A stretch of DNA of 64,000 bases from the human T2T-CHM13v2.0 reference genome, Homo sapiens. The translations under genes were made by a program, and so were the position numbers. This document shows, piece by piece, positions 1-15,239 of the stretch; position 1 is the stretch's first letter; each line of letters starts with the position of its first letter. The notes beneath the pieces were generated by a model. It saw nothing but the letters and a program-made list of their open reading frames with translations, did no database searches and had not been told where the DNA came from. Where the stretch lies: NCBI RefSeq assembly GCF_009914755.1, contig NC_060934.1. One strand, 5' to 3'.

Positions 1-445
1 AAGCAGCTGTCTGCTAATAGATATGTATACCAACTTCCACCTTTGTGCCCTCTTGTTTAAAAAGGTTGTCTATACCTTAGAAATCAAGTTAAACTTGATG
101 TAATTTCTTAATTTGAAAACTATGCTTTATGATTTTGTGTTCTTTCCCCCTTTCCTCACTCAAAAAGGGACCATTCTGTATGGAAAGAAAATAGTGTTTT
201 ATGGTGTTTGCAACTTTTTTCTTCCTACGATTTTAAGGAAGTATTTCTCTTAATTTTTTCTACCATTTGAACTAAATTTAACTTTCAGTCTTTCTAAGTT
301 CTCATGGGGTTTTAAATTCATCTTTTTACAGTTTTCTTAGTGGTTACTTTTCTGTAGTATTAACCTCTATAAAGTTTCTAGGATTTGGGGGAGAGTAAAA
401 CTAATTTGTTTGTAAAAAGTAAGCCTAGTATTTGAGCATGAGTTT

Positions 446-933
446 GGTTTTTTTTTTTTTAGACAAATCATATTTTTTATTTGAAACTTCAGATTACATG
501 TTTATTTTATTTATTTTATTTTTTATTATACTTTAAGTTTTAGGGTACGATGGATTAAAGACTTAAATGTTAGACCTAAAACCATAGAAACCCTAGAAGA
601 AAACTTAGGCAATACCATTCAGGACATAGGCATGGGCAAGGACTTCAAGTCTAAAACACCAAACACAATGGCAACAAAAGCCAAAATTGACAAATGGGAT
701 CTAATTAAACTAAAGAGCTTCTGCACAGCAAAAGAAACTACCATCAGAGTGAACAGGCAACCTACAGAATGGGAGAAAATTTTTGCAATCTACTCATCTG
801 ACAAAGGGCTAATATCCAGAATCTACAAAGAACTCAAATTTACAAGAAAAAAACAAACAACCCCATCAACAAGTGGGCAAAGGATATGAACAGACACTTC
901 TCAAAAGAAGACATTTATGCAGCCAAAAGACAC
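446..933 (-). mobile_element. L1PA2/PA3-like insertion, 5'-inverted (twin priming), with ~40-bp 3' transduction
   Basis: TSD ttgagcatgagttt at 432-445 and 934-947. Poly-T 448-460, non-L1 461-500, L1 terminus (minus: gtaccctaaaacttaaagtataat plus A-rich tail) 501-548. L1 ORF2 C-terminal sequence on + at 549-933 (ORF 632-889 [10 protein letters not shown]...[16 protein letters not shown]). Confidence 0.9.
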
Positions 934-1122
934 TTGAGCATGAGTTTTGCATTTTCTTACTAACTCTCTTAAATTACAAAGGAAATGTAATTCACATATG
1001 AAAATCTTGGCATATATAGAAAAGTAAAGAATTTCTTGTGAGCTTACCAGAATCTCAATACTGCTATGATAATTTTAGGATATTTAATTCCATGCCATTT
1101 CCATGCCATTTGTATAGGCCTC

Positions 1123-1393
1123 TTTTTTTTTTTTTTTTTTTTTTTTTTGAGACAGAGTCTTGCTCTGTCACCCAGGCTGGAGTGCAGTGGCATGATCTTG
1201 GCTCACTGCAAGCTCTGCCTCCCAGGTTCACGCCATTCTCCTGCCTCAGCCTCCTGAGTAGCTGGGACTGCAGTTGCCTGCCACCAAGCCTGGCTGCTTT
1301 TTTTGTATTTTTTTTAGTAGAGACAGGGTTTCACCATGTTAGTCAGGAAGGTCTCGATCTCCTAACCTTGCGATCCACCCCTCTCGGCCTCCC
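1123..1393 (-). mobile_element. AluY-like SINE, slightly 5'-truncated
   Basis: Poly-T, gcaagctc...ttcacgccattctcc diagnostics, candidate TSD aggc(c/a)tcttt. Confidence 0.92.
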
Positions 1394-1423
1394 AGGCATC
1401 TTTCTAAAAATAAAATTGTTAAA

Positions 1424-1720
<297 letters not shown>

Positions 1721-1794
1721 GTTGTTATGATGCACATACATAGTTATATTTTTTTCATTTAATATTTTTAACGTTGCTTTTCAAAAAATAGACA

Positions 1795-2887
1795 TTTTAA
1801 AATTACACTTTAAGTTCTGGGGATACATGTGCAGAACGTGCAGTTTTGTTACATAGGTATACATGTGCCATGGTGGTTTGCTGCACTCATCAACCTATCA
1901 TCTACATTAGGTATTTCTCCTGATGCTATCCCTCCTCTAGACCCCCCACCTCCCGATGGGCCCTTGTGTGTGATGTTCCCCTCTCTGTGTCCATGTGTTC
2001 TCATTGTTGAACTCTCACTTATGAGTGAGAACATGCAGCATTTGGTTTTCTGATCCTATGTTAGTTTGCTGAGAATGATGGTTTCCAGCTTCATCCATGT
2101 CCCTGCAAAGGACATGAACTCATCCTTTTTTATGGCTGCATAGTACTCCATGTTGTATATGTGCCCCATTTTCTTTATCCAGTCTATCATTGATGGGCAT
2201 TTGGGTTGGTTCCAAGTCTCTGCTATTGTGAATAATGCTGCAATAAACATACATGTGCGTGTATCTTTATAGTAGAATGTCTTTATAGAAGAATGATATT
2301 ATAATCCTTTGGGTATATACCCAGTAATGGGATTGGTGGCTCAAATGGTATTTTTCGTTCTAGATCCTTGAGGAATCACCACACTGTCTTCCAAAATGGT
2401 TGAACTAATTTACACTCCCACCAATAGCGTGAAAGTGTTCCTATTTCTCCACATCCTCTCCAGCATCTGTTGTTTCCTGACTTTTTAATGATCGCTATTC
2501 TAACTGGCATGAGATGGTATCTCATTGTGGTTTTGATTTGTATTTCTCTAATGACCAGTGATGATGAGCTTTTTTCCATATGTTTGTTGGCTGCACAAAT
2601 GTCTTTTTTTGAGAAATGTCTGTTCATATCCTTTGCCCACTTTTTGATGGTTTTTTTTTTTGTTGTAAATTTGTTTAAGCTTCTTGTAGATTCTGGATAT
2701 TAGCCCTTTGTCAGATGGATAGATTGCAAAAGTTTTCTCCCATTCTGTAGGTTTCCTGTTCACTCCGATGATAGTTTCTTTTGCTGTGCAGAAGCTTTTT
2801 AGTTTAATTAGATCCCATTTCTCAATACATTCAGGACATAGGCATGGGCAAAGACTTCATGACTAAAACGCCAAAAGCAATGGCAAA
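1795..2887 (-). mobile_element. L1PA7-like 3' fragment with ~60-bp inverted 5' segment (twin priming)
   Basis: L1 3'UTR/ORF2 end on - (1795-2826). + strand L1 piece cattcaggacataggc...gcaatggcaa 2829-2887. Degenerate TSD aaaa(g)tagac(a/t)tttt at ~1785-1798 and ~2885-2899. Confidence 0.88.
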
Positions 2888-4053
2888 AGTAGACTTTTTT
2901 TAGAGCAGTTTTAAGCTTACAGCAAAACTGAGTGGAATTATATACAAAGATTTCCCATATCCTCCCTGCCCTAAGACAAGCACAGCCTCTGCAGTCATCA
3001 ATATCCCACACAAATGTATGATGACATGTATCCACCATTTGTGGTACCACACAGAACAGCTTCGCTGCCCTAGAATATCCTCCGTGCTGCATCTATTCAC
3101 CCCTTCCCCCACTCCCAACCCGACTGACCTTTTTACTGTCTCCATAGTTTTGCCTTTTTTTCAGAATGTCATACAGTTTGAATCCAACAGTACATAGCCT
3201 CTTCAGATTGTCTTCTTTTATCTGCTCACATGCAGTTAAGGTTTCTCCATGTCTTTTCATGGCTTCATAGCTCATTTCTTTTTAGTGGTGAATAATATTG
3301 CATTGTCTGGATGTACCATAGTTTACTTACTCATCCACCTACTGAAGGACATCTGGTTGTTTCCAAGGCTTGGCAATTATGAATAAAGCTGCTATAAACA
3401 TCTGGGTAGAGGTTTTTGTGTGAACATAAGTTTTCATTTCCATTTGGTAAATACTAAGGGGCATGATTGCTGGATCATATAGTTAGAATATGTTTTGTTT
3501 TATAAGAAAGTGCCAAACTGTCTTCCAAAATGACTACACCATTTTGCATTCCCACCAACAATGAATGAGAGTTCCCGTTACTCCACATCCTTGCTAGCAT
3601 TTGGTGGTGTCAGAGTTCTATATTTTGACTATTTTAATAGGTATGTACTAGTATCTCATTTTTGTTTTAATTTGCATTTATCTGAGGACATATCATATAG
3701 AAATTCTTTTCATATATCTGTATTACTTCTTTAGTAGGGTGTCTGTTAAGGTCTTTGGTCCATTTTTTAATTGGCTTATTTGCTTTCTTATTGTGGAGTT
3801 TTAAGAGTTTTTATATATTTTGGATAAGCTGCCTTATCAGATATGTCTTTTGCAAATATTTTATTTCAGTCAGTGGCTTGTCTTCTAAATTTCTTGACAG
3901 TGTCTTTCAAAGAAGAGAAAGTTTTAATTTTAATGAAATCCAGTTTATTCTTTCTTTCATGGATCATTCCTTTGGCATTGTATCCAAAAAGTAATTGTCA
4001 AACCCAAAGCCCAAAGTCATCTACATTTTCTTCTGTTATTTTCTATGAATTTT

Positions 4054-4342
<289 letters not shown>

Positions 4343-5201
4343 TTCTATGAATTTTAAAGTTCTGCTTTTTACATCTGTGTCTAGATTCTTTTTTTTTCTT
4401 GCATGTGGATGTTCAGTTGTTTCAGCACCATTTGTTGAAAATAGTCTTTTCTTTATTATATTTCCTTTTCTTATTTGTCAAATATCAGGTGATGCTAGTC
4501 TGTTTTATTAATCTATTTGTCTACTGTTTGGCGAATACCGTACTGCCTTGATTACTGTAACATTCCAGTAAGCATTGAAGTTGAGTAGTGTCAGTTCTTC
4601 AACGTTATTTTCTTTCTGAGTATTTTGCCTTTCCATATAAACTTCAGAATCAGTTTGTTCATATCTACAAAATAATTTGCTAGGATTTTTATTTTGATGG
4701 CATTTAATTTATAGATCTAGTTGGGAAGAACCAATGTCTTGACAATATTGAGTCTTCCTATCCATGAACATGGAATATTTTTCCATTTTGTAGTGTCTTT
4801 ATTTTATTCATCATAATTTTGTAGTTTTTCTTACATAGATCTTGTATATATTTTGTTCAATTTATACCTAAGTATTTTATTTTTGAGGAGATGCTAATAT
4901 AAATGATAATGTGTTTTAATCTCAAATTCTTTCTTGTTTATTGCTGGTATATAGGAAAGCAATGGACTTTTGTATATTAATCTTGTATTCTGAAACCTTG
5001 CTATAATTGCTTGTTAGTTTCAGAAGGCTTTTTGTTCAGTTCTTTCAGATTTTCTTCATAGACTAACATATCATCTGCAAACAAAGACAGTTTTATTTTT
5101 TCTTTCCAATCTGTCTACCTTTTAATTCATTTTCTTGTCTGATTGCATCAGCTAGCACTTCCAGTTCAATGTTGAAAAGGGGTGATAAGAGGGAACATGT
5201 C

Positions 5202-5803
5202 TTTTATTTCACTTTATTTTATGCTTTAATTTGGGAAGGAGAGCTTTTTTTTCAGAAGGGTTTGCAGTCTGCAGGATGGCCATCCTGACAGGCCAGGAAT
5301 CATAGCCTCTGGCCAGAAGCCAGAAATAGATACTTTGAGGGAGGGGAAGGTGGAACAGAAATTTACGCTGAATGAGGTGGCTAAATATACATACTCAATA
5401 AGCCATAGGAAAGTTCATGAATGTTTATAAAAGAAATATGCACATGCACAGTTGAGCTTTATGCCCATTCCTGGGTCCCCTGTACAAAAAACAGTGGTGT
5501 TAGCATAATCTGAAGGTGGACTTTTGAGTCCTCTGATGTCAAAAGGTGAACCAGAGGACACAAATACCTGTACTACCCATTCTCTGTGGACTGACCAGGA
5601 GCGCTTCATGGTCAGTGGTCTCTTATCCGGTGAAAAAGGAAGTACAGTGTCAGTTGCTTGGTCCATATCAGTGGTGGAGTCTTTTGAAAGGGCTGGTTTC
5701 TGTTAAGCCCTTAGGGAAGAAAGCCTAAGCCCGGTTAGGGAGGGAGGGGGTACAACCAGGTAGGTATGAACCCCCATCCCATCATTTTTGAGAACTCAGT
5801 TTT
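5202..5803 (-). mobile_element. ERV1 MER4-group LTR (MER39-like), 5'-truncated with A-rich 3' end
   Basis: Matches recalled MER39-type consensus (gaaagggctggtttctgtt.agcccttagggaagaaagcc; ctctgatgtcaaaaggtgaa). Splits the host L1 at gggaacat|ccttgcctt. Confidence 0.7.
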
Positions 5804-6422
5804 CGTCCTTGCCTTGTTTTTGATCTTGGTAGGAAAGCTTCGAGTTTCTCACCATTAAGTATAAGGTTAGCTGTAGGGGATTTTTTTTTTCTTAAATATT
5901 CTTTATCAAGTCAAGGGAGTACCCCTCTAAGATTTTTGTTTTTTAAATCATGAGTGAGTGTTAGATTTTGTCAAATGCTTTTTCTGCAACTATTGATATT
6001 ATGATGTGATTTTTCTTTTTTAGCTTATTGATGTGATGGATTATGTTAATTGATTTTTAAATATTGAACCAGCCTTGCATACCTGGGATAAATCTCACTT
6101 GGTTGTGGTGTATAACTCTTGTTATACATTGTTGGATTTGATTTTGTTGAAGAGTTTTACATATATGTTTATTCATAGTATTAATCTATAGTTTTCTTGT
6201 AATATATTTTTCTGGTTTTGGTATTAGGATAATATTGGTCTCATAGAATGAGTTAGAAAGTATTCCTTCTGCTTGTATTTTCTGAAAGAGATTGTAAAGA
6301 GCTCGTGTAATTTCTTCTTTAAATGTTTGATAGCATTCACCAGTGATCCATTTAGGCCTGATGCTTTTGGTTTTGGGAGATTAATAAATATTGATTCAAT
6401 CTCTTTAAACTTTAAAAGATAT

Positions 6423-6655
6423 ATAGTTGGCCCTTCATATCTACAGGTTTCACATCTATGGATTCACCAACCATTGATCAAAAATGTTCAAAAAAACCCA
6501 AAACAACAAAAACAAAAATTAATACAACAATAAAAAATAGAAATTTAAAAATCAATGGTTTTAAATTGTATAACAACTCTTTACATAGCATTTGCATTGT
6601 ATTAGGTATTTTAAGTAATCTGGTGATGATTTATAGTATACAGGAGGATGTGTGC
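6423..6655 (+). mobile_element. MER2 (Tigger/TcMar) fragment
   Basis: agttggcccttcatatc...ggattca.caacc; tttacatagcattt.cattgtattaggtatt. Confidence 0.8.
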
Positions 6656-7112
6656 TATTAGTAATTTGTGTTCTCTCTCTTTTTTCTTAGTCTGCCTACA
6701 GGCTTACCAATTTTATTGATCTTTACAAAGAATCCGCTTTTGGTTTCATTGATTTTCTCTATTGATCTCCTGTTTCCAATTTCATTGATGTCTCTCCTAA
6801 TTTTTATTTTTTTCCTCTACTTACTTTTGATTTAATTTGCTCTTTTTCTAGTTTCCTAAGGTAGATAGCTAACTGGTTTTTTAATCTTTCTTTTTTCCTA
6901 ATATGTGTATTCAGTGCTATAAAGTTTTCTCTAAGCATTACTTTTGTTGTACCTCACAAATGAGATGCAAGTTTTTTACATGCCAGACTGGAAACAAGAA
7001 CTTTAACATTGCTCTTTTTTTCTTATATAATCTTCAAAATGATCAGCTTTAATGCCTTTACATCATACTTTGGAGAGATACATGATGATTTACTTAATGT
7101 ATTTTATATTAA

Positions 7113-7455
<343 letters not shown>

Positions 7456-7529
7456 AAAATGTAAGAATATGTTTAAAATTTAAAATTTAATACTTTAAAA
7501 ATTCTTTGATAAATCGCTTTTCAGTAGTA

Positions 7530-7858
7530 CAATCATTTTTGGTATCATCAGGGAATTGTTTCCAGGGCTGTGAAGATACCAAAATTTGTAGATGCTGGAG
7601 TCTTTTCTATAAAATGGCATAGTATTTGTATATAAACTTTGCATATCCTCCTGTTTATTTTAAATCATCTTTAGATTACTTATAATACCTAATACAAGGT
7701 AAATGCTATGTAAATAGTTGTTATGCTGTGTTTGTTTTAAAATTCATATTATTTTTGTTGTTATGTTTTTTTTTCTGAATATTTTCTATCTGGGGTTGGT
7801 TGAATCTGCATATGCAGAAACCGTGGGTATAGTACCCGCCAGATAGAGAGGGCCTCCT
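7530..7858 (-). mobile_element. MER2 (Tigger/TcMar), near full length
   Basis: tagattacttataatacctaatacaa.gtaaatgctatgtaaatagttg; ttggttgaatc. Confidence 0.8.
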
Positions 7859-8264
7859 GAATTGTAGTATATGGCACCTATAGGATTTTAAGTGCCTGCA
7901 CTTAACTGTATAATAGCTGACACTAGATTATTAAAAATGTGTTAATTTGCAGTAACTTACTGCTTCAATTATCATTTTTGGTTGTTAGAAAGACTGAATC
8001 TTTGTCCTTGTATATTTTCCAGTTGCATTTTGTCTTTTATAAATTGTTCTTTGTTACTTGGCAGTTTACTGCATTTTAAATATTTTTCAGTATATCTATA
8101 TATTCCTGATTGTTCCTTATCATGATAAGGAAAAACACATTTTTTCTTTCATATGTTTTTATCATGTAACATTTAATATGAAACATTGATGTAGACATGT
8201 GAATTATAAAAATAATTCTTTATTATTATAATGCCAACTTCACTGGAACCTCCCAACTTAGTAG

Positions 8265-8771
<507 letters not shown>

Positions 8772-8949
8772 TAGTTTGTTTGATTTTATTATTTTTTGGA
8801 TTTTTTTAAAAAATATTCTTACACTATGTGATTTCTGCAACTGGCAACTCCTGCAACATTGTTTCTGTGAGTCATCCATGTTGCTGCATTTAGATATGGC
8901 TTATTCATATTTATCATGATAAATTTTCTGTTGAGAGATCATGGCACAT

Positions 8950-9148
8950 TTATTTACCTTTATTTTAAGTTCAGGGGCATATATCAGGCTCGTTATATAG
9001 GTGAACTTGTGTCATGGGTGTTTGTTGTACAGATTATTTCATCACCCAGGTATTAAGTCTATACCTGGTAGTTATTTTCCTGATTCTCTCCCTCCTCCCA
9101 CCCGCCACCCTTTCCTTCCATAAGCCCCAGTATGTGTTTTTCCCCTCT
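8950..9148 (-). mobile_element. L1PA13-16-like short 3' end
   Basis: ttttattttaagttcagggg...gtacagattatttcatcacccaggtattaag. Confidence 0.75.
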
Positions 9149-9365
9149 AAAGAAAATATCACAATTTATTTGTTTCTTGTTGATAAACATTTGAGTTTAA
9201 AAAAAATCGTTATTATTTTAAATAATGCTGTTATGAATATTGCTATAGGTGTCTGTGTCTACAAAAGTACACATCTAAGGATTTCTCTAAAACATGTTCC
9301 TGGGAATAGAATTACTAGGGTAATTATAGAGTATTCAGAGCTTCAATTTAAAAGTATAAAGCTGT

Positions 9366-9518
9366 ATTATTTTATTTATTTATTTATTTATTTTGAGATG
9401 GAGTCTAGCTCTCTCTCCGGGGCTGGAGTACAGTGGTGCGATCTCAGCTCACTGCAACCTCCACCTCCCGAGTTCAAGCCATTCTCTGCCTCAGCCTCCT
9501 GAGTAGCTGGGATTACAG
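9366..9518 (-). mobile_element. Alu right-arm fragment
   Basis: (TTTA)n tail plus right monomer only. Confidence 0.88.
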
Positions 9519-10661
9519 AGTGGCATACCACTTTAATTTTCTCCAGCAGTGTATAAGAATTTCTTTGGATCTGCATCCTTGCCTATACTTTATATAGTTA
9601 GACTCAAATTTTTATAAATCTATGGAAGTAAAATAGTATAGTATTTTAATTTTAAAATTATATTTTTTTCTAATTATTAATAAGAGTGTGGCATCTTCTT
9701 GTATGTTTATTTGCCATTTTTGGGTCCCTTATCTGTGAAATGCCTTTTTGTGTCTTTTGCTCATTTTTTAATTAGGTTATTTGCTTTATTCTCATTGGGC
9801 TCAATGAGATCTTTATATATTATGATTACCATTTCTTTGATGGTTATATGTGTTACAGATACCTTTCAGTTTTTGGCTTATCTTTTCACTTTCTTTGTGA
9901 TATCTTATTTAAACACCTTTATTGAGTTATAATTGACATACAATAAATGACACATATTTAAAATGTATAATTAATCATATTTTGACATATAGACATATGA
10001 AACAATCAACCATCAACATAATCAAGATCATGAACTTACCCCACATTCCCAGAAGTTTTCTCATGAACACATATTTCATTCTCTCTTGATTAAATACCTA
10101 GGAGTGGAATGGCTGTGTATATGATAGGCATACATTTACATTTTATCATAAGAAATTGCCCAACTATTTTCCAAAGTGGTTGAACTACTTCACATGCCAG
10201 CTGGCAGTGTATGAGAGTTTCATCATGATACATTTTTATGAACACACATTCTTAATTTTAAGGTAGTCAAATGTATCAATCATTTATTTCTTTACTTCTT
10301 TGCACATGTTATTTAGGAAATTCTTCCCTGTCTGAGACTGTAATGACATTCTCCTGTATGTTTAAATTTTTTAGGTTTTGACCTTTTGCTCAAATCTTTG
10401 ATCCTTTGTTGTGATATGTGCAGTATGGTGAGTGTGGTATGACACACAGATTTAATTTTATTTTTCCTATATGGACAACCAGCTGTCTCAGCACCACCTA
10501 TTGAGTTGTCCCTCCCTTTTCATGTGATCTCCAGTGCCGCCTTTGCCAAACATCAAGTTTTCCTGTATGAGAGACTCAGTGTTTACATCTGTATTGTTTC
10601 AGTTGTCTATCCTAAGCCAGTGTGACACTATGGTAATTAATCACTACACCTTTGTGATAAG

Positions 10662-10969
10662 TTGTTGTTTTTTAGAGATTTTAGAGATGGGGTCTCGCTT
10701 TGTCACCCAGGCTGGGGTGCAGTGATGTGAACATAGCTCACTGCAGCCTCAAACTCCTGGGCACAAATGATTCTCCCACCTCAGCTTCCCATGTAGTTGG
10801 GACCACAGGGACATACCACCATGCCTGGCTAATTTAAAAAAAAATTTTCGTAGAGATGGAGTCTTGCTGTGTTGCCCAGGCTGGTCTTGAACTCCTGGCC
10901 TCAAGCAATCCTTCTGCCTCAGACTCCCAAAGTGCTGAGATTACAGGCATGGGCCACCGCACCCGGCCT
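10662..10969 (-). mobile_element. AluJ
   Basis: catagctcactgcagcctcaaactcctggg J diagnostics. Confidence 0.9.
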
Positions 10970-11353
10970 ATAATAAGTTTTGAGAGCTGTTGGTGCAACT
11001 GCCCTTAACTTATTTTTCTTCAGCAGTTTCTGGGCTATTCTTGGCCTTTGTTCTTCCATATATATTTCGGAATCAGCTTGCCAAGATCCATAAAAAAACA
11101 CTTCTGAGATTTTGAGTGAATTCTATTTAATTCAAAGATCAATTTGAAAAAAAATTAAAATCTTTACAAAATTGGGTGTTCTGACCCGTGAACATGGTTT
11201 CTTTCCCTTTATTTGAATCTTTAATGTCCTTCAAAAGACTCTTATAATTTTATTAGGTATGTCTTGCACATCATTTGATATATTTATTACCAGATTTTAT
11301 GTATGGAAGGCAAATAGTGTGTTTTAAATTCTACCAGACTTACATTAACATAT

Positions 11354-11636
11354 TTTTTTTTGAGACGGAGTCTCGCTCTGTCATCAGGCTGGAGCACAGT
11401 GCATGATCTCAGCTCACTGCCACCTCTGCCTCCCAGGTTCAAGCGATTCTTCTGCCTCAGCCTCCTGAGTAGCTGGGACTACAGGTGCGCACCACCATGC
11501 CTAGCTAATTTTTTTTTAGTAGAGACGGGGTTTCACCATATTGGCCAGGATGGTCTGTATCTCTTGACCTAGTGATCTGCCCACCTCAGCCTCCCAAAGT
11601 GCTGGGATTACAGGTGTGAGTCACCCGCACCCGGCC
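11354..11636 (-). mobile_element. AluS (Sc-like)
   Basis: Full dimer; TSD acattaac(a/g)t. Confidence 0.9.
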
Positions 11637-12879
11637 ACATTAACGTTTTAATAGAAGTTTAGTCCTTTGCTTTTCTAAATTTTCTCCCATTGCCCCTCTC
11701 CTCATTGCCCCCAAAGATTACCACTTTTCTATCAGTTTAATATGGAATTTTACACAAAAAATTATTTTCATTCTAAAACAGAATAAAAAATAGTACACAT
11801 ATTAAAAAAGATGAAATTTTGCTTTCTGTTTTTCATTCTGTTACTGTATCATAATAAAATTATTTACATTTGTGAGAATACATTATTTTTCTCATAGTGA
11901 TTAATGAATTAATTTAAGTACTTTTAGGTAGAGAACTGATTTCAGTGCCCATTGACAGTTATTTTCTACTAAAATGTCTCTATTTTTTGGATTCACAGTT
12001 TTATTAATCTCTTGGTGGTCTGGATGATATTGTTAGCTAATTTTTGTAGAAAACTTACTGTGTGGCAAATTTATAAGACTTTTTCATCTTGTAGCTGATT
12101 TTTTTATAATATTCATTTGCAGGGATGATCATTAAACATAAGTCATTCTAACATATAAATAGCACGTAGATATATATATAAAATCCTTGAATCATAAACT
12201 TCTCCCTCCACGCATAATACTCTGCCTTGTTTTTAGCATTTGTTATTGTAGAGGAGATATGGAAAAGAAAAGTATAGTTGATTTTTCCCCCACTTTGGTT
12301 AATTTTAGGACTTGTTGAAAAAATTCTTTAAGTTTAAAATTTTTATGAGGCTATATTTTAATATTTATTTCTGCTCATTAAGTTTCTCTGGAAGATGTTA
12401 CACTATCAATTTCTAATGTCAAGTTTGCTTTTTAAGGTCTGGAATGTTTTATTCTCTCATATCTCTGATTATTGCCTCTCACTGATTCATTTGTTCTTGC
12501 ATTGGGCAGTTTTCTTTCGAAGGTTTGGCATTTAAATATGTCATTGCCTTATGTGTATTTTTCACATTGTCATTTATTTGGCCTCTACTCTGAAAATGCT
12601 TCTCAAGTTTATTCTCTACAATTATAAATTGATTTTCTGCGTGCCTGCTGATTTTATTTGTTGTTACATATTTCATTTTCTTGTATCTTTTTCAGCCAGT
12701 TCTTGTTTAACACATTATTTTTTCATATTGGGTTCAAAAAGTAGATATCTTTAGAAATGTTTTTTTTTCTATTTCTTCAAATCCAAGAAGGAAAATGGTG
12801 AGCAGTGAGGAGGCAGATGATTTTCCTTTAAGCCATTATTCTTTGCTTTTCTTGGGCAGACAGAATTTATGGATAGATA

Positions 12880-14370
12880 TTGATTAATTAATTCAGCACA
12901 TATTTATCGAGCACCTACTATGTGCCAGGTACTATTTCAGGCCCTGAGGATATAGTAGTGAACAAAACAGGCAAAAAAAGTCCCTACTTTCATGGCGGTT
13001 ATATTATACTGAGGGGAATAGGGAATACACATACAAATAAATAAAACATTTGTACATCAGATAGAGGGATGTGCCCTAGAGAAAAGTAAAGTAGGGAAAG
13101 GAGAGAAGAATTTTTGGATCAGGTGCATGGGTTGCTTTTAAACTGAGAAGGTAAAGAATGATTGGATAAAGAAAATATGATATATATGCACAATGAAATA
13201 CTATTCACCTATAAAAAGGAATTAAGTCATGTCTTTTGCAGCAACATGGATGGAACTGGAGGTCACCATTTTAAGTGAAACAATTCAGAAACATAAAGTC
13301 AAATGCCACATATTCTCACTTATAAGTGGGAACTAAACAATGTGTACACATGGACACAGAGTATGGAATGACAGACATTGGAGACTCGAAAGGGGCAGGT
13401 GATGAGAAATGACTTAATAGGTACAATGCATGTTATTTTGGGTGATCGATACACTAAAAGCCAAGATTTGACCACTATGCAATATGAGCATGTAACAAAA
13501 TTGCACTTGCACTCTTAAATTTACACAATTTTGTTTTTTAAAAAAGTAGATAAAGATATAGGAAACAGAGCATTCCAGGTGGAAGAAACTATGTTGCAAA
13601 AACCTCTAGTGGGTGCATGTCAGTTGTGTATGTTTCATAACAAGAGTGTCAGCGTGGCTTGAGCAGAACAAGCGAGGGAGGGTGAGAAGTGATGTCAGAG
13701 AGGGACAAGGGATGAGGTCCAGTGAAAAGGTCCGGCAGGGCTTTCTGGCTTTTGCTTTTTTGTACATGAGATGGGAATGTGTGGAGGAGGTATGAGCAAA
13801 GGCATGGCATAATCTTACATTTGTTGTTACAAGATCACTCTGGCTGCTGGGTTAGGAATTGACTGTAGAGGCCAGAGTAGAGGCAGGGAGACCCGGGACG
13901 AGGCTCCTGAGAGATCCTGTGGATCTCACCTTGTGATTCCAGTGAGACATGCTGGCAATTACAGCAGGTGGGAGCAGCAGCGGAGAAGTGCTGGGAGTTC
14001 AGCTCTAGATATATTCTGAAGCAGAGCCAACATGATTGGCTGAAAACATTAGATGCCAGGTGAAAGAGAGAAGAGTTACGGATAAGTCCAAGGATATTTG
14101 CCTGGGAACCAAAATTGAGTTGCCACCTTCTGAGCAGGAGAAGACTGAGGGGAGATGAGATTTGGTGAAGATGGGGGGGTTCCATTTTATACATCTTAAA
14201 TTTGAGATGCCTATGTAAGTGGAGCTGACATGTAGGAAATTGGATACACCAATCTGAAGCTCAGGGGAGAGGTCAGGCTGGAGAAATGATATGAGATTCA
14301 TCAGTGGCTAAATGGCATTTAAAATCATAACTCTAGATGACAGCAAAGGAGGGAGTGCTGATAGAGAAAT
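12880..14370 (-). mobile_element. L2 (L2a-like) 3' region, split by an L1MA fragment
   Basis: tatttatcgagcacctactatgtgccagg L2 terminus; gatcactctggctgctg; tttgagatgcct. Confidence 0.8.
13155..13545 (+). mobile_element. L1MA1-3/L1PB-like 3' end
   Basis: ggataaagaaaat...tttgcagcaacatggatggaactggagg...catgtaacaaaattgcacttg. Confidence 0.82.
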
Positions 14371-14511
14371 AGATATGTTGGCATTTTCATTTGTATAATT
14401 CACTTTTGACTTTGATTTGTTCATTTCTACTTATTTTACACAGTAGTCTTCTGAGATTGGTTTTAGGGCTCCTGTGGTGTAGGTTATGTCATGTAAGCAC
14501 GTATTAGATTG

Positions 14512-15160
<649 letters not shown>

Positions 15161-15239
15161 TTAGATATGGATGTCCTACCCTTTCTGTAGTTTAGCTGTC
15201 CAGTAATTGGTCCAGTAGTACACATAGCCGCAATCTGTG

